Notes under the pieces: generated by a model | What the model was told of the DNA's origin: nothing | The model's input: the letters and a program-made list of their open reading frames with translations, nothing else | Database searches by the model: none | Assembly: GCA_963788395.1 (NCBI GenBank) | Contig: CAWBGV010000022.1 | Span: forward strand, 1-58,389 | Reading direction: 5' to 3' | DNA from: Candidatus Doudnabacteria bacterium | GTDB taxonomy: Bacteria; Patescibacteriota; Doudnabacteria; UBA920 | Length of the DNA stretch: 58,389 nt | Made by a program: the position numbers and the translations under genes | In this document: positions 1-10,120 of the stretch, in pieces | How positions within the stretch are numbered: the first letter of the stretch is position 1 | Layout: each line of letters opens with the position of its first letter

Positions 1-410
1 GGTCATAGATGAGGCCTGGATTTTAATGCAGCACGAAGACAGCGCGCGCGGTTTGTGTTCGGCATGGCCAAACGGGCGCGCAAATATTACTTGGGATTGA
101 CGACTATTACTCAGGATGTGGCGGATTTTATGTCGAGTCCCCTACGGAAAACCCATAGTCACCAACTCATCTATTCAATTACTGCTCAAGCAAAGCCCGG
201 CGGCGATCAATATAATCGCTGAGACGTTCTTTTTGACGGAAGGGGAAAAATATTTGTTGTTTGGAAAGCGAAGTCGGCGAAGGGAACTTTTTTGCCGGGC
301 TCAAGCACGCGGCTATTAAGATTTATGCTTCCTACGTAGAAGATCAAATTATTACAACTGACCCGAAACAGCTTTTGGAGATAGAAGAAAGCCAGCAGCA
401 GTTGAATTAA
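1..410 (+). CDS. VirB4/TraC-like ATPase, C-terminal part (5' end outside window; frameshifted)
   Basis: Manual translation across frames: VIDEAWILMQHEDSAR..GMAKRARKYYLGLTTITQDVADFMSSPYGKPIVTNSSIQLLLKQSPAAI..ITTDPKQLL*. Walker B IDEAW, RKY and TQ motifs are typical of VirB4-like ATPases. Confidence 0.85.
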
Positions 411-521
411 AAAGGCAATTAGCAGGTTATCCAACCATCAATTTTTTCACATCTGTGTCTGCCTTTGGAGGGTACGATGTTGGAAGGTTGGTGGTTGATT
501 TTGTTGAGCCACCCGATTTTT

Positions 522-2748
522 ATGGCTAATGATGTTTTAAAACGAACCTATCCCACGACTACTCCTGGACGGATTCCGGCGCACTTTTTGCCAGTGGAAT
601 TTGGTAAGCCAGTAGCGGCCGGCATTCGTTCGGCGTTTTTTAAAGTGCGTATTCCGATATGGAAGATTCCGGTAGCGGCTTAAATGTAGTCGGGCACTAT
701 GATTCTAAAATTAGCATAACCGGTGAGCACTTAGATGTATACGATAGTGTCGGATTGCGGATTAACGGACAATTATACGCGCCTCAAAAAACCAATTTTT
801 ATGATGGTGCGATCACTTTTTATTAGTAATTACTATGGGTCCTGGCCAATGGCGGCTCGGTGGATGTGGAATTTTTTAGCTTAAATTATCCATCTGCAAA
901 TCGTAAACTATCAATCCATTACCAATCTGCTCAAGAACGCGAAGAGGAGCAAAAGAAAAACAAAGGAGCAAGCGAGGAGGGGGTAAGGGTGAAGGGCAAA
1001 GTAAAGGACCGGAGAAAAATAGTGTTTTTAGTAAATTCCCGCGGGGCGAGCCATAAAGCGCTACCGTGGGTGCTTTGGCCGGTGGCCAGAAAAAAGGAGC
1101 TGCACCTATAAATAAGCCAAGACCAAAATAATACCCGTCCGACGTCCGCCACAACGTCTGCCGAAGATTCCGGCGGCCCTGAACAAATGGAAGAAATTGT
1201 TTCTGGCGGCGGAACACAAATAGACAGGAGCGTTCCCACTACCTTCCAACAATCTGCGGAGTTGGTAGGGGAATATTTAGATAAAAATTCTTCCGCGGTC
1301 GTCAATACTCAAGTTCGCGGCGAGTTGCTTTCGGCTTTTAAATCCGGAAATGTTTCCAGCTTAAGCCAGGAGGCTCGGACGGCATTGCACGGATCGTTAA
1401 GTACCAGTATTAGCACTCAGACTGGACCGGCCGCCGCGCCATTAAAGGCGGCTCTCCGACGATAACTCGCCCAAGCTCCAGTTTCGGTAGATGTAAATGT
1501 TCAGGCACGAACTTCTGGTAATAGTTCCGGACAAGCAGCGGCTACTACTGTAACAGGATCAGGCACGTCCGCCGCTCCCACCTCAAGCGCGCCGCTGACT
1601 AGGCGGCAGAATTTAGAGATTATTGGAGAGCATGTCTATAAAAATTCCGGATTAATCGCAAATGTAAAAGTTCGAGGAGATGTTTTGGAAGCCCTGGGTA
1701 CAGGCAATACTCAGCATTTAAATACTGAAGCCCAGACGGCTTTAAACCAGACTATTAAGATTTTAGCTGACGGTTCACCAAATACGCCGCCAGCTATCGT
1801 TGCCGCCGCTCAGGCAATTGAGTCTTCTCCGATCCAATGAAGAAGCTCCTGGCGTTCAACCGGAGGAAACTCCTTCTGTTACTGAAACCTGTTTCTCCAC
1901 CTTTTACACCACCAGCTTCATCTGCCATTCCTGAGGCACAAGCTATCTCCCAAGTCTGAGGCCGGCCAGCCCCAGGAGGCCCCGGTACCTCCAGAGAGCA
2001 ACAGCCCGATCAACCGCCCCAGCGATCAAGCCTGCCGCCGCTCGGTAGTGTCCCGGAAGCAATTCTGCAAGTTGTGCCAGACGCCGCTAAATATGCGCCT
2101 TTGTTGGCCAAAATTCGGGAAGCTGATTTAGGTGGTCAAAGTCCTATGGGCAAAGGCGATAAGGCTTTTCAACTAGCTAAGGAAGTGGCCACGCTTGCAG
2201 GGCGAGGCGATATTGTAGATGGAATTAGTAAAGCCCAACAGGTCAAAGATCAAATTAGTTCATTAAAAGAGGATGGTAAGCGTGTTACCACTGAAGAAGA
2301 CTTAGAAGCGGGGGGAGGGGGCGAGAGCGTAGGACGATTAGATGTCTCTGGGGAGGCTACGTTGGCGCGGAACTTGCAACGAGTTCAAAAAACATTACGA
2401 GTAGCCGAAGAAGTAGCCAAGCTCACTGGACAGAAAGGTATTACAGTGTTGCTCAGGAATTGCAAGAAGTCGCCGGAGGTAAAAAAAGGAACCCGGACAA
2501 GAAGGTGCGGGTGATAATTTTGTTGGTAATCGTGCGGCAGATAAAATGCGGAATTTGGAAAGCTCTCCCGCGGCACAGAAATTATTGGTGGTGCCGCAAA
2601 AAACCTGTCTAGTTCAGCGGCAGCAGGAATAGGCGGGGCCGCATCTGCCGCTTTATCTGGAGAAAAACCATTAGGGATAGTCCAAAATGGTCTGAGCTGG
2701 TATGTTCTTGATATTGCTATCGGATCTTTAATTACACCTTGGTCACCG
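522..2748 (+). CDS. N-terminal, low-complexity part of a large protein (fragmented by indels and one in-frame TAA); start uncertain
   Basis: ORF fragments 465-683, 860-1111, 1187-1465 and 2074-2514. Reading continues in frame past TAA 1463-1465 (LRR*LAQAPVSVDV) and in frame into 2749 (..ITPWSP-LALIYL). Rich in A/S/T/P/E. Confidence 0.45.
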
Positions 2749-3513
2749 TTGGCGTTAATTTATTTAAATATTCATTATATTGCCTCTGCTTTCGGTAGTA
2801 AATGGTTTCGTAAGCCTACTTTATGGCAGCGTATTACTATATTGGTCGCCGATGTGGTTTATGTTTTTGCTGTACTTTTATCAATCATATTATTAGGAGT
2901 TATAGTGTGTAATAGCTCTATTTCTAGTCGTGTTATAGCCGTCACAACTCAACAGGGAGCTTGGGCTAAATTAACCGGAGCTATTACTGGAAGTAGCGAT
3001 ATCTGTTCACCTTTCACTGCTTTAAATCTCTCAAGTTATATTGGAGGGGGATCGTCCACATCTTTAGCGACACCTTCCGCCCCCGTCGGCGCCGGGGCAT
3101 CCAGTTGTCAGCCGCCGGCCAGCGGGCCGGCTACGATTCAGGCCTTGAGCAGCTCTTGTTTTGGTTCCAATGCCGGCGCGGCAGCCGACGTGGCCATGCA
3201 TGAAAGTGGCGGGATTGCGGCTCAGCCGAGCACGGTGGATATCTGCACGCTCGATGGCAGCGTCGTCTCGTTTGGGTTATTCCAAATTAACATCAGCGCC
3301 AATCCCATTGGTAACCTAAAATGCCCCAGCGCCTTTAACCAAATGTTTACGGCTCAAAATAAAAACTGCAAGGTCACTAATCAGGCGTTGTACCAGCAGT
3401 GCGTGGCCGCAGCCGAAAATCCGGCTGCCAACATAGCGGAAGCCTGTCAGCTGTCCAGCAACGGTACCAACTGGGGGCCCTGGGCGAACACAGCAAAGGC
3501 CTGTGGATTTTAA
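2749..3513 (+). CDS. C-terminal part: two TM helices plus lysozyme-like/lytic transglycosylase (SLT-like) domain
   Basis: Hydrophobic helices, S/A/P linker, then VAMHESGG (catalytic Glu), SFGLFQIN and NWGPW motifs typical of SLT/lysozyme-fold enzymes. Confidence 0.75.
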   Translation: MALIYLNIHYIASAFGSKWFRKPTLWQRITILVADVVYVFAVLLSIILLGVIVCNSSISSRVIAVTTQQGAWAKLTGAITGSSDICSPFTALNLSSYIGGGSSTSLATPSAPVGAGASSCQPPASGPATIQALSSSCFGSNAGAAADVAMHESGGIAAQPSTVDICTLDGSVVSFGLFQINISANPIGNLKCPSAFNQMFTAQNKNCKVTNQALYQQCVAAAENPAANIAEACQLSSNGTNWGPWANTAKACGF

Positions 3514-3537
3514 AATTTCTAATTAATCTTTACCTGT

Positions 3538-4002
3538 ATGAAATCACATAAATTCCTAATAATCACCGTTATCACCCTCCTGCTCCTGTTTAGTCTCTAT
3601 TTTGTGTTCCGGCAAATTTCCGCGCCGGGCGGGGGACAGACGGCGAGCTCGACGCCGCAGATAAGTATCCCCACGGCCAACGGCCAAATTCAGATATCCG
3701 ATATTACCCAGCATCCGGTCGAGCAGGTCACAGATACCGTAGTTTTTGCGCGTACTAACCAGTACGAAATTGCTTATTTTCCCAATGAGCAGTCGTTTAC
3801 CATAACCATTTCGGCCGAACCGGTCGAGCAAGCTCGCCAAGCGGCAGAACAGGCCTTTTTAGATAAGCTCCAGATTACCGAAGGCCAGGCCTGCCAGCTG
3901 AATGTGACTTTAGCGGTTTTAGGAGGGATAGATGAAAATTTAGCCGGCAAAAACTACGGTCTGAGTTTTTGCTCAAATGGCATCTCTTTTCCGCAAGAGT
4001 AA
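3538..4002 (+). CDS. hypothetical membrane-anchored protein
   Basis: 154-aa ORF with N-terminal hydrophobic anchor, operonic position, terminal Cys pair. Confidence 0.75.
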   Translation: MKSHKFLIITVITLLLLFSLYFVFRQISAPGGGQTASSTPQISIPTANGQIQISDITQHPVEQVTDTVVFARTNQYEIAYFPNEQSFTITISAEPVEQARQAAEQAFLDKLQITEGQACQLNVTLAVLGGIDENLAGKNYGLSFCSNGISFPQE

Positions 4003-4074
4003 GGTCGTCGTATTAAACTTGAACTGATTTTGTGCTATAATAACTACGCAATTAATTTTTGATAAAAACAAAAA

Positions 4075-5205
4075 ATGAACAAAAAAGCCATTGCAATATT
4101 AGGAGCGATTTTTCTTTTGATCGTCGGCACTTTAGGATTTTTAATATACGCCAAATACCATAAATCAGGTACTCCGGCGGCGGTTACGACTACAGCCAGT
4201 TCTACCACCGTAGCCATTAGCCCTACTCCGGCGCCCACCCCCACGGGGCCTCCCTTTGTCCAGCTGACCCAGACCCAGGTAGTTTCGCCGGTGCTGTTTT
4301 ATAACGGCGGCTCGATGACGTATTTTGATAACAGCGGCAATCTTTACCAGGCCGATATCAACACCAGTACGCCGCTGCAGCTGGTAAATGTAAAAAGTAT
4401 AGATATTACTCCTAAAAGCGGGATCACTAAAATATATTGGCCGCCCCAAGGCAATAGCTACTTTATTGCCGAATCTAAAACCAGCACCTCTACCGTATGG
4501 AGTACGTTCAATAATAGCACGGGAGTCTATACCGGCCTGCCGCCCCAAGTAATTTCTTTTGATTGGGCGCCGAGCGGCACCCAAATCTATTTTGTCTGGC
4601 TCCAAAACGGCCAAGCCACGCTGAACATTGCCAATCCCGACACTACGAATTACAAGGAGATTACCAATTTAGACGATACCGATGACAGTATTCATGTTTC
4701 TCCCGACGGTAAAAACATTTTGTTTTATCATAGCCAAAACAGCGGCGACACCAATAATATAAATATGGTCGACGTTGGCGGCACTAAATGGCAGACTGTG
4801 GTCAGTACCGGCTACAACTACGGCGTGCTCTGGAGTCCGGACAGTCAAAAGTTCTTGTTCGCCAAAAAAGATTTGGCTACGGGGAATTATCAGTTGTGGG
4901 TTTATAATTTTAGCACCGGAGCAGTTCAAAATTTGGGTTTTTATACCACGGTAGATAAAGCCGTTTGGGGTAACGATAGTCAAACCGTTTACGCTGCTGT
5001 GCCGGTCACTGGGGTTCCGGGCGAAGGACTAACTACCGACACCTTCTATAAAATCAACATTAATGATTTTAGCAAAGAAACCTACCAACCCTCTTCCAGC
5101 CAAAATATAGACGGCCAGGATTTGTTCTTAAGTACCGACGGCACTAAACTATTTTTCCAAAACGCCCAGGATGGGTATTTGTACTACGTAGATGTGAGTA
5201 ACTAG
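4075..5205 (+). CDS. membrane-anchored TolB/WD40-like beta-propeller protein
   Basis: N-terminal TM, T/P linker, repeated WAPSG/VSPDG/WSPDS/WGNDS/LSTDG blade motifs. Confidence 0.85.
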   Translation: MNKKAIAILGAIFLLIVGTLGFLIYAKYHKSGTPAAVTTTASSTTVAISPTPAPTPTGPPFVQLTQTQVVSPVLFYNGGSMTYFDNSGNLYQADINTSTPLQLVNVKSIDITPKSGITKIYWPPQGNSYFIAESKTSTSTVWSTFNNSTGVYTGLPPQVISFDWAPSGTQIYFVWLQNGQATLNIANPDTTNYKEITNLDDTDDSIHVSPDGKNILFYHSQNSGDTNNINMVDVGGTKWQTVVSTGYNYGVLWSPDSQKFLFAKKDLATGNYQLWVYNFSTGAVQNLGFYTTVDKAVWGNDSQTVYAAVPVTGVPGEGLTTDTFYKININDFSKETYQPSSSQNIDGQDLFLSTDGTKLFFQNAQDGYLYYVDVSN

Positions 5206-5238
5206 AAATAGGTCCTATAGGACCTATAGGACCTATTT
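5206..5238. repeat. CCTATAGG short palindromic tandem repeat at gene junction
   Basis: AAATAGGTCCTATAGGACCTATAGGACCTATTT; related copies at ~29343-29377 and ~43701-43718. Confidence 0.75.
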
Positions 5239-5239
5239 T

Positions 5240-6577
5240 ATGGCTAAGAATCAAACCATTTTTGTTTGTTCCAATTGCGGACACCAGACCCCTCGCTGGC
5301 AGGGGAAGTGTTCGAATTGCGGGGAGTGGAATACGCTGGTGGAGCAAAAAGTTGTGGCTTCGCCGGGGAAGCGGGGAGCGGGAGTAGCTACGGCCGCTCA
5401 ACCGGTGGCGTTGGGCGGGGTCGACGCGGCCGAACGGCAACGATTTGCTACCGGTATTGGTGAGTTTGATGATGTTATTGGCGGCGGGATTGTGCCGGGA
5501 AGCTTAGTTTTGCTCGGCGGCGATCCGGGAATCGGAAAATCTACGCTGGCTTTGCAGCTGTCTATGCGTTTGGCTGACGGCGAGGTTTTGTATGTTTCGG
5601 GCGAGGAATCGGTCCATCAAATTAAATATCGCGCCAATCGGATTAACCCAAAACACAATCTCCAGGTGCTGGCCGAGACAGATCTAGAGTCGATTTTAGC
5701 CACGGCAGAGGCCCAACAACCCAAGTTGGTCATAATAGATTCTGTCCAGACTATGTACGCTGAGCAAGCCAGCGGCCTGGCCGGCGGAGTGGCGCAGGTG
5801 ACGTATTCTGTTCAGCGGATAATGCGTTTGGCTAAACAGCTCCATGTTTCTTTTATTATCATCGGCCATGTAACTAAAGAAGGGTATTTAGCTGGCCCAA
5901 AAACCCTGGAACACATGGTGGATACGGTTTTATATTTGGAAGGGGAGCGTTTTGCCAGCTTCCGGATATTACGCTGTGTCAAAAACCGGTTTGGAACTAC
6001 CAACGAGGTGGGGGTGTTTGAAATGCAAGGCCAGGGCCTGATTGAGGTCAAAAATCCGTCGCAATTATTTTTGGGGGAGGACGCCATAAAAGCCAGCGGG
6101 AATGTGATAACTTCCGTGGTAGAGGGCAGCCGCGCGTTGCTTTTGGAGATTCAGGCTTTAACATCTGTAACCAACTTTGGCTATCCCAAACGCACTACTG
6201 CCGGTTTTGATGCCAACCGCCTCCAACTTTTAACCGCGATTATTTCCAAGCGCGCCGGCATAAATTTAAGCAATCAGGATATTTATATTAACGTCGTCGG
6301 CGGTATAAAAATTACCGAACCCAGCGCGGATCTGGCGGTAGCTCTGGCCATTGTCTCCAGCATGAAAGATATAGTTTTGGACGGTACGGTGGTAATTGGC
6401 GAGCTTGGTCTGTCCGGTGAGGTCCGCTACGTACCTCATTTAGAAAAAAGAATCAAAGAAGCCCAAAAGTTAGGCTTTAAAAGAATAATTTGCCCGGCGA
6501 CAAAACTAACTACAAAATTTGCCGGAGCAGAGATTGTAGCAGTAAAGACACTGGCGCAGGCAATTTTGAGCATATAA
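5240..6577 (+). CDS. radA: DNA repair protein RadA/Sms
   Basis: CSNCG..CSNCG zinc finger, GDPGIGKS Walker A, KNRFG motif, Lon-like C-terminus. Confidence 0.97.
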   Translation: MAKNQTIFVCSNCGHQTPRWQGKCSNCGEWNTLVEQKVVASPGKRGAGVATAAQPVALGGVDAAERQRFATGIGEFDDVIGGGIVPGSLVLLGGDPGIGKSTLALQLSMRLADGEVLYVSGEESVHQIKYRANRINPKHNLQVLAETDLESILATAEAQQPKLVIIDSVQTMYAEQASGLAGGVAQVTYSVQRIMRLAKQLHVSFIIIGHVTKEGYLAGPKTLEHMVDTVLYLEGERFASFRILRCVKNRFGTTNEVGVFEMQGQGLIEVKNPSQLFLGEDAIKASGNVITSVVEGSRALLLEIQALTSVTNFGYPKRTTAGFDANRLQLLTAIISKRAGINLSNQDIYINVVGGIKITEPSADLAVALAIVSSMKDIVLDGTVVIGELGLSGEVRYVPHLEKRIKEAQKLGFKRIICPATKLTTKFAGAEIVAVKTLAQAILSI

Positions 6578-6774
6578 AAAGGAGCCGATCAGATTGTGGT
6601 TTCTGGGTTTCCTATCCCCAAATTCCAAAATCCAATCGACCCCACTCGACTACCGGGAAAATATTCTCCCATAAACATCGTCACCGGTAGAACTTGGAGT
6701 AATCTTAAGCTGAGATTATAGGTCTTTGGCTGTTAGGGAAACAACCTCGGCTCGGCGTGGGAGTACCGAAAATC

Positions 6775-7002
6775 TCACTTAAAACAACTCACAAAGTCAA
6801 CAAATTGGGCAGCTTGACTAGCTGGAATCACTGTCACATCGGACTGGCGAAAGCGCCAGAAACGAAGTTGGTTATTCTCATTGACTGGGCGGCCGGAAAT
6901 TCGGCCGTCTTCGCCGATTTCAGTTACTCTTGCAGGAACTCTGCTCGGCATAAAATAAACAATGGAACCTTTCGTAATTTCTTGCTCTACTTTTTTTCCC
7001 AT
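6775..7002 (-). CDS. small hypothetical protein
   Basis: 75-aa ORF with AT-rich upstream region; no recognised motif. Confidence 0.45.
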   Translation of the reverse strand: MGKKVEQEITKGSIVYFMPSRVPARVTEIGEDGRISGRPVNENNQLRFWRFRQSDVTVIPASQAAQFVDFVSCFK

Positions 7003-7112
7003 TTCTACTTTCTACCTCTGTGTTTTTTCTATACTTCTCAATCAAGACCCCTGTATTTCCCCCGTTTATATTTAAACGCATATTAGCACAGATAGAGCTA
7101 TTTGTCTACAAT

Positions 7113-7145
7113 AAAAAAAGCCGCAGGGAGTTCAGTTCCTGCGGC
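7113..7145 (-). terminator. rho-independent terminator
   Basis: GCCGCAGG(A/G)A hairpin followed by a 7-nt U tract on the minus strand. Confidence 0.7.
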
Positions 7146-7270
7146 CCGCTTTGAAGCTAGGTGTCGACCGACGACCTACGCTTTAAGCGAAAGCGTGATG
7201 GGGGAGGTTAAACTCATTCGTGGTGCTACTGAAAATCCGCCGAGCAGGGCGAAAAGAACCGCGAATGCTT

Positions 7271-7729
7271 TTAGGCCGGATGTATGTTCGTAATGGGTTC
7301 TCCTTCAAATAAATCAACGAACAACGTAGGCTGATGAAAAATATATTCATCAGCGAATTCCTCCATAGATGGAGAATCATTTGCCGCACTTCGTGCGACT
7401 CTGAGGAATTCCATTCGGGGTCGACGTGGGTGATCCCGATGTTTGAGTTGCTCCTCGACGAAATCGTCGAGAAAAAATTCTGCAGTTTCTTCAGAGTCGC
7501 ACTCTCCAGGTTTCCGCCGCCCTTGCTCCTCAAGGCTCGTACACAACTTCCGGGCACGAGCAGTTTGGGTAAATGCCTTCCACGCTTTTCCCGCGATCTC
7601 GTTGGGAACCTCGTCCGGGTAATGCATTGCGTAAAGAAGAAGGGATTCGGCGAACAATTCTGGGTTCGCCAACACGAAACCTCGGGCTTCTTGATCGCCC
7701 ATATAGCTCCTCATCATCGCTAAAGTCAT
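7271..7729 (-). CDS. hypothetical acidic protein
   Basis: ORF 7271-7807; likely start MTLAMM at 7729; no recognised motif. Confidence 0.55.
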   Translation of the reverse strand: MTLAMMRSYMGDQEARGFVLANPELFAESLLLYAMHYPDEVPNEIAGKAWKAFTQTARARKLCTSLEEQGRRKPGECDSEETAEFFLDDFVEEQLKHRDHPRRPRMEFLRVARSAANDSPSMEEFADEYIFHQPTLFVDLFEGEPITNIHPA

Positions 7730-7863
7730 ATATTTCCACCTTGTGATTAAATTTAGAAGAACAAAGAATATACAGCATCCTTTGTTTTCTTGCTCAAAGA
7801 ATACCATAATTTGGCGATTCTGTAAAGTTTGTAAATTTAGAATTAAGTGCTTATTTAAAGCAA

Positions 7864-9915
7864 TTATTCAAAATGAACCACTTTTCCTTCAATTTTTGCG
7901 GCTAAAGATGGATATTGTTTTAAACTTGGGTCTTTTTTTAGGATTTTTAAAGCCTCTTCCCGGGCTGGTTGAATTAGCGAAATGTAGGATGGATTAAAGT
8001 ATTTAAAGTTCCAGCCGGACTGCTGGGCGCCGTAAAGCTCGCCAAAGCCGCGCTGTTTCAGGTCGAGCTCGGCCAGGGCAAAACCATCTTGGGTTTTAGT
8101 AAAGGCGGTGAGCCGTTCTAAAACTTCTGGGTTTTGATTTTCGGAAAACAACAAACAATAGCTCTGGTATTCAGCCCGTCCGACCCGGCCGCGGAATTGG
8201 TGGAGCTGGGCCAAGCCGAAGCGCTCGGCGCCTTCTATAAGCATCACGCTGGCATTGGGGACATCTACCCCAACTTCTACCACAGACGTCGAAACTAAAA
8301 TTTGGATAGTGTTGGCTAGAAAATCGGCCATAACTTGTTCTTTGTCCTTGCCCTTCATTTTGCCGTGCAGTAACCCAATTTTAAAATGCGGAAAAATTTT
8401 CTGCAAAGCTTCAAATTCGGCTTTGGCCGATTTGACCTCTAGCAGTTCGCTTTCTTCAATTAGCGGAGTTACCACAAATATTTGACGACCTTCGCTCACC
8501 TGCTTTTTTATAAATTCATAAGCCGCGACTCGGCCATTTTTTTGCACAAAGCGCGTAATAATTGGCTTGCGGCCGGCCGGTTTGGATTTAATTTGACTAA
8601 TGTCGAGTTCTCCATAATATGCTAATTGCAGCGTCCTGGGTATAGGAGTTGCAGTTAAAGAGAGAAGATGAGGAACCTTCCCTTTGTTTTTAATAAGCTT
8701 GGCGCGCTGTTCTACTCCAAAACGATGTTGCTCATCTACAATTGTTAAGGCCAGGTTTTTAAAGCTGACCCTTTCAGCCAGGAGCGCGTGCGTGCCGATA
8801 AATATTCCCGGCATGCCCTCGGCAATTAATTTTTGCAGCTTGTTTTTTTTAATTTCTTCCCCATTCAAACAAGCATAATTATTAGTCAATAACCCATGGC
8901 CCAGCAAGTCGCGGCCGCGATTTTTAGGTACCACGTTTATAAAAGTTTGGTAGTGCTGGTTGGCTAAGATTTCAGTCGGGGCTAAAAAAGCGACTTGCAA
9001 ATTTTGAGCGGCTGTTTCCAGCGCCGCGGTCAGCGCGACTAAGGTTTTGCCGCTGCCAACGTCTCCTTCTACCAATCTATTCATCGGCGTCGATTTTTCC
9101 AGATCCTGAAGAATATCCCAAGCGGCTCTTTTTTGTCCGGGGGTCAATGGAAAGGGTAAACTGGCCAGAAAGTCTTTAACAAGGTCCTGGTTAAAGGGGA
9201 TTTGATAGCTCTGCCTTCGTGCCAGCTCCAATTTATATTTTTGCGCCAATAGTTGGTTTAAAAAAATTTCCTCAAAGGCTAAACGTTTTTTGGCCAGTTC
9301 TGCTTCTTCATGGGTGGCCGGGAAGTGGCTGCTGCGGACCGTTTGTTCCAGAGTAGGTAAGTGCTGATTTTTGATAATTTCTAAGGGGAAGTCATCAGAC
9401 AGTTCTTTTGACAGCTCTAAAATACTGGCTATTAAGTTACGGAATGTTCTGCGGTAAATCTTTTCCGTCAGATGGTACATGGGAACGAGCCGCGCCGTGT
9501 GGACGGAAAAATTGGAGACCTCTTCGTAGATAGGATTGGCTAGTTGTAATTTGAGATTGTAGTATTCCGGGGTTCCCGATAAGAAAATTTCTTGGCCTTT
9601 GCGCAGTGTCTTTGCCAAATACGGCTGATTAAACCAAATCACTTTCATCGATCCGGTCTCGTCCGAAACTACAGCTTCGGCCATGGAAAGATGTGAACGA
9701 AAAGATGTCCGGCTGGAAATATCTAAAATTTTGACCCGCAAGCTGCAGCGCTCGCCGGCCACAGCTTGTGTAATCGTAGTCAGCTTACTAAAGTCAAGAT
9801 AGCGATAGGGAAAATATAAAAGCAAATCTCGGAGGGTAAATATTCCGAGTTTTTTTAAAGCCGCGGCGAGCGGCTTGGTCTTTGAGAGTTCGGTAATTGA
9901 AGAGTTTATATCCAT
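7864..9915 (-). CDS. recG: ATP-dependent DNA helicase RecG
   Basis: GDVGSGKT, DEQHRFGV, TATPIPRT, QLHQFRGRVGR and TRG motif (DLKQRGFGE). Start taken at MDINS. Confidence 0.97.
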   Translation of the reverse strand: MDINSSITELSKTKPLAAALKKLGIFTLRDLLLYFPYRYLDFSKLTTITQAVAGERCSLRVKILDISSRTSFRSHLSMAEAVVSDETGSMKVIWFNQPYLAKTLRKGQEIFLSGTPEYYNLKLQLANPIYEEVSNFSVHTARLVPMYHLTEKIYRRTFRNLIASILELSKELSDDFPLEIIKNQHLPTLEQTVRSSHFPATHEEAELAKKRLAFEEIFLNQLLAQKYKLELARRQSYQIPFNQDLVKDFLASLPFPLTPGQKRAAWDILQDLEKSTPMNRLVEGDVGSGKTLVALTAALETAAQNLQVAFLAPTEILANQHYQTFINVVPKNRGRDLLGHGLLTNNYACLNGEEIKKNKLQKLIAEGMPGIFIGTHALLAERVSFKNLALTIVDEQHRFGVEQRAKLIKNKGKVPHLLSLTATPIPRTLQLAYYGELDISQIKSKPAGRKPIITRFVQKNGRVAAYEFIKKQVSEGRQIFVVTPLIEESELLEVKSAKAEFEALQKIFPHFKIGLLHGKMKGKDKEQVMADFLANTIQILVSTSVVEVGVDVPNASVMLIEGAERFGLAQLHQFRGRVGRAEYQSYCLLFSENQNPEVLERLTAFTKTQDGFALAELDLKQRGFGELYGAQQSGWNFKYFNPSYISLIQPAREEALKILKKDPSLKQYPSLAAKIEGKVVHFE

Positions 9916-9949
9916 GCCTTTTTGATAGTTTGGCACATCCTGTATTTTC

Positions 9950-10024
9950 TGGTGTCTCCAAGAGGAGTTGAACCTCTATCACAGCCTTCGGAGGGCCGTA
10001 CTCTATCCATTGAGCTATGGAGAC
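9950..10024 (-). tRNA. tRNA-Arg (anticodon CCG)
   Basis: Cloverleaf GTCTCCA..TGGAGAC-ACCA, anticodon arm CGGCC-CT CCG AA-GGCTG, T-loop GGTTCAACTCC. Confidence 0.95.
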
Positions 10025-10079
10025 ATGAGAAAACGCGGGCTGCGCTCCCGCCTGCTCGGCGGGCCGCCGAAAAGGCGGT

Positions 10080-10101
10080 TATCCAGTTGAGCTATGAGGA
10101 C
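10080..10101 (-). pseudogene. 5' fragment of a tRNA-Arg-like gene
   Basis: GTCCTCATAGCTCAACTGGATA = acceptor 5' strand plus D-arm start; followed by GC hairpins rather than a tRNA body. Confidence 0.65.
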
Positions 10102-10120
10102 AGCAAAAGCCGGCAGACAA

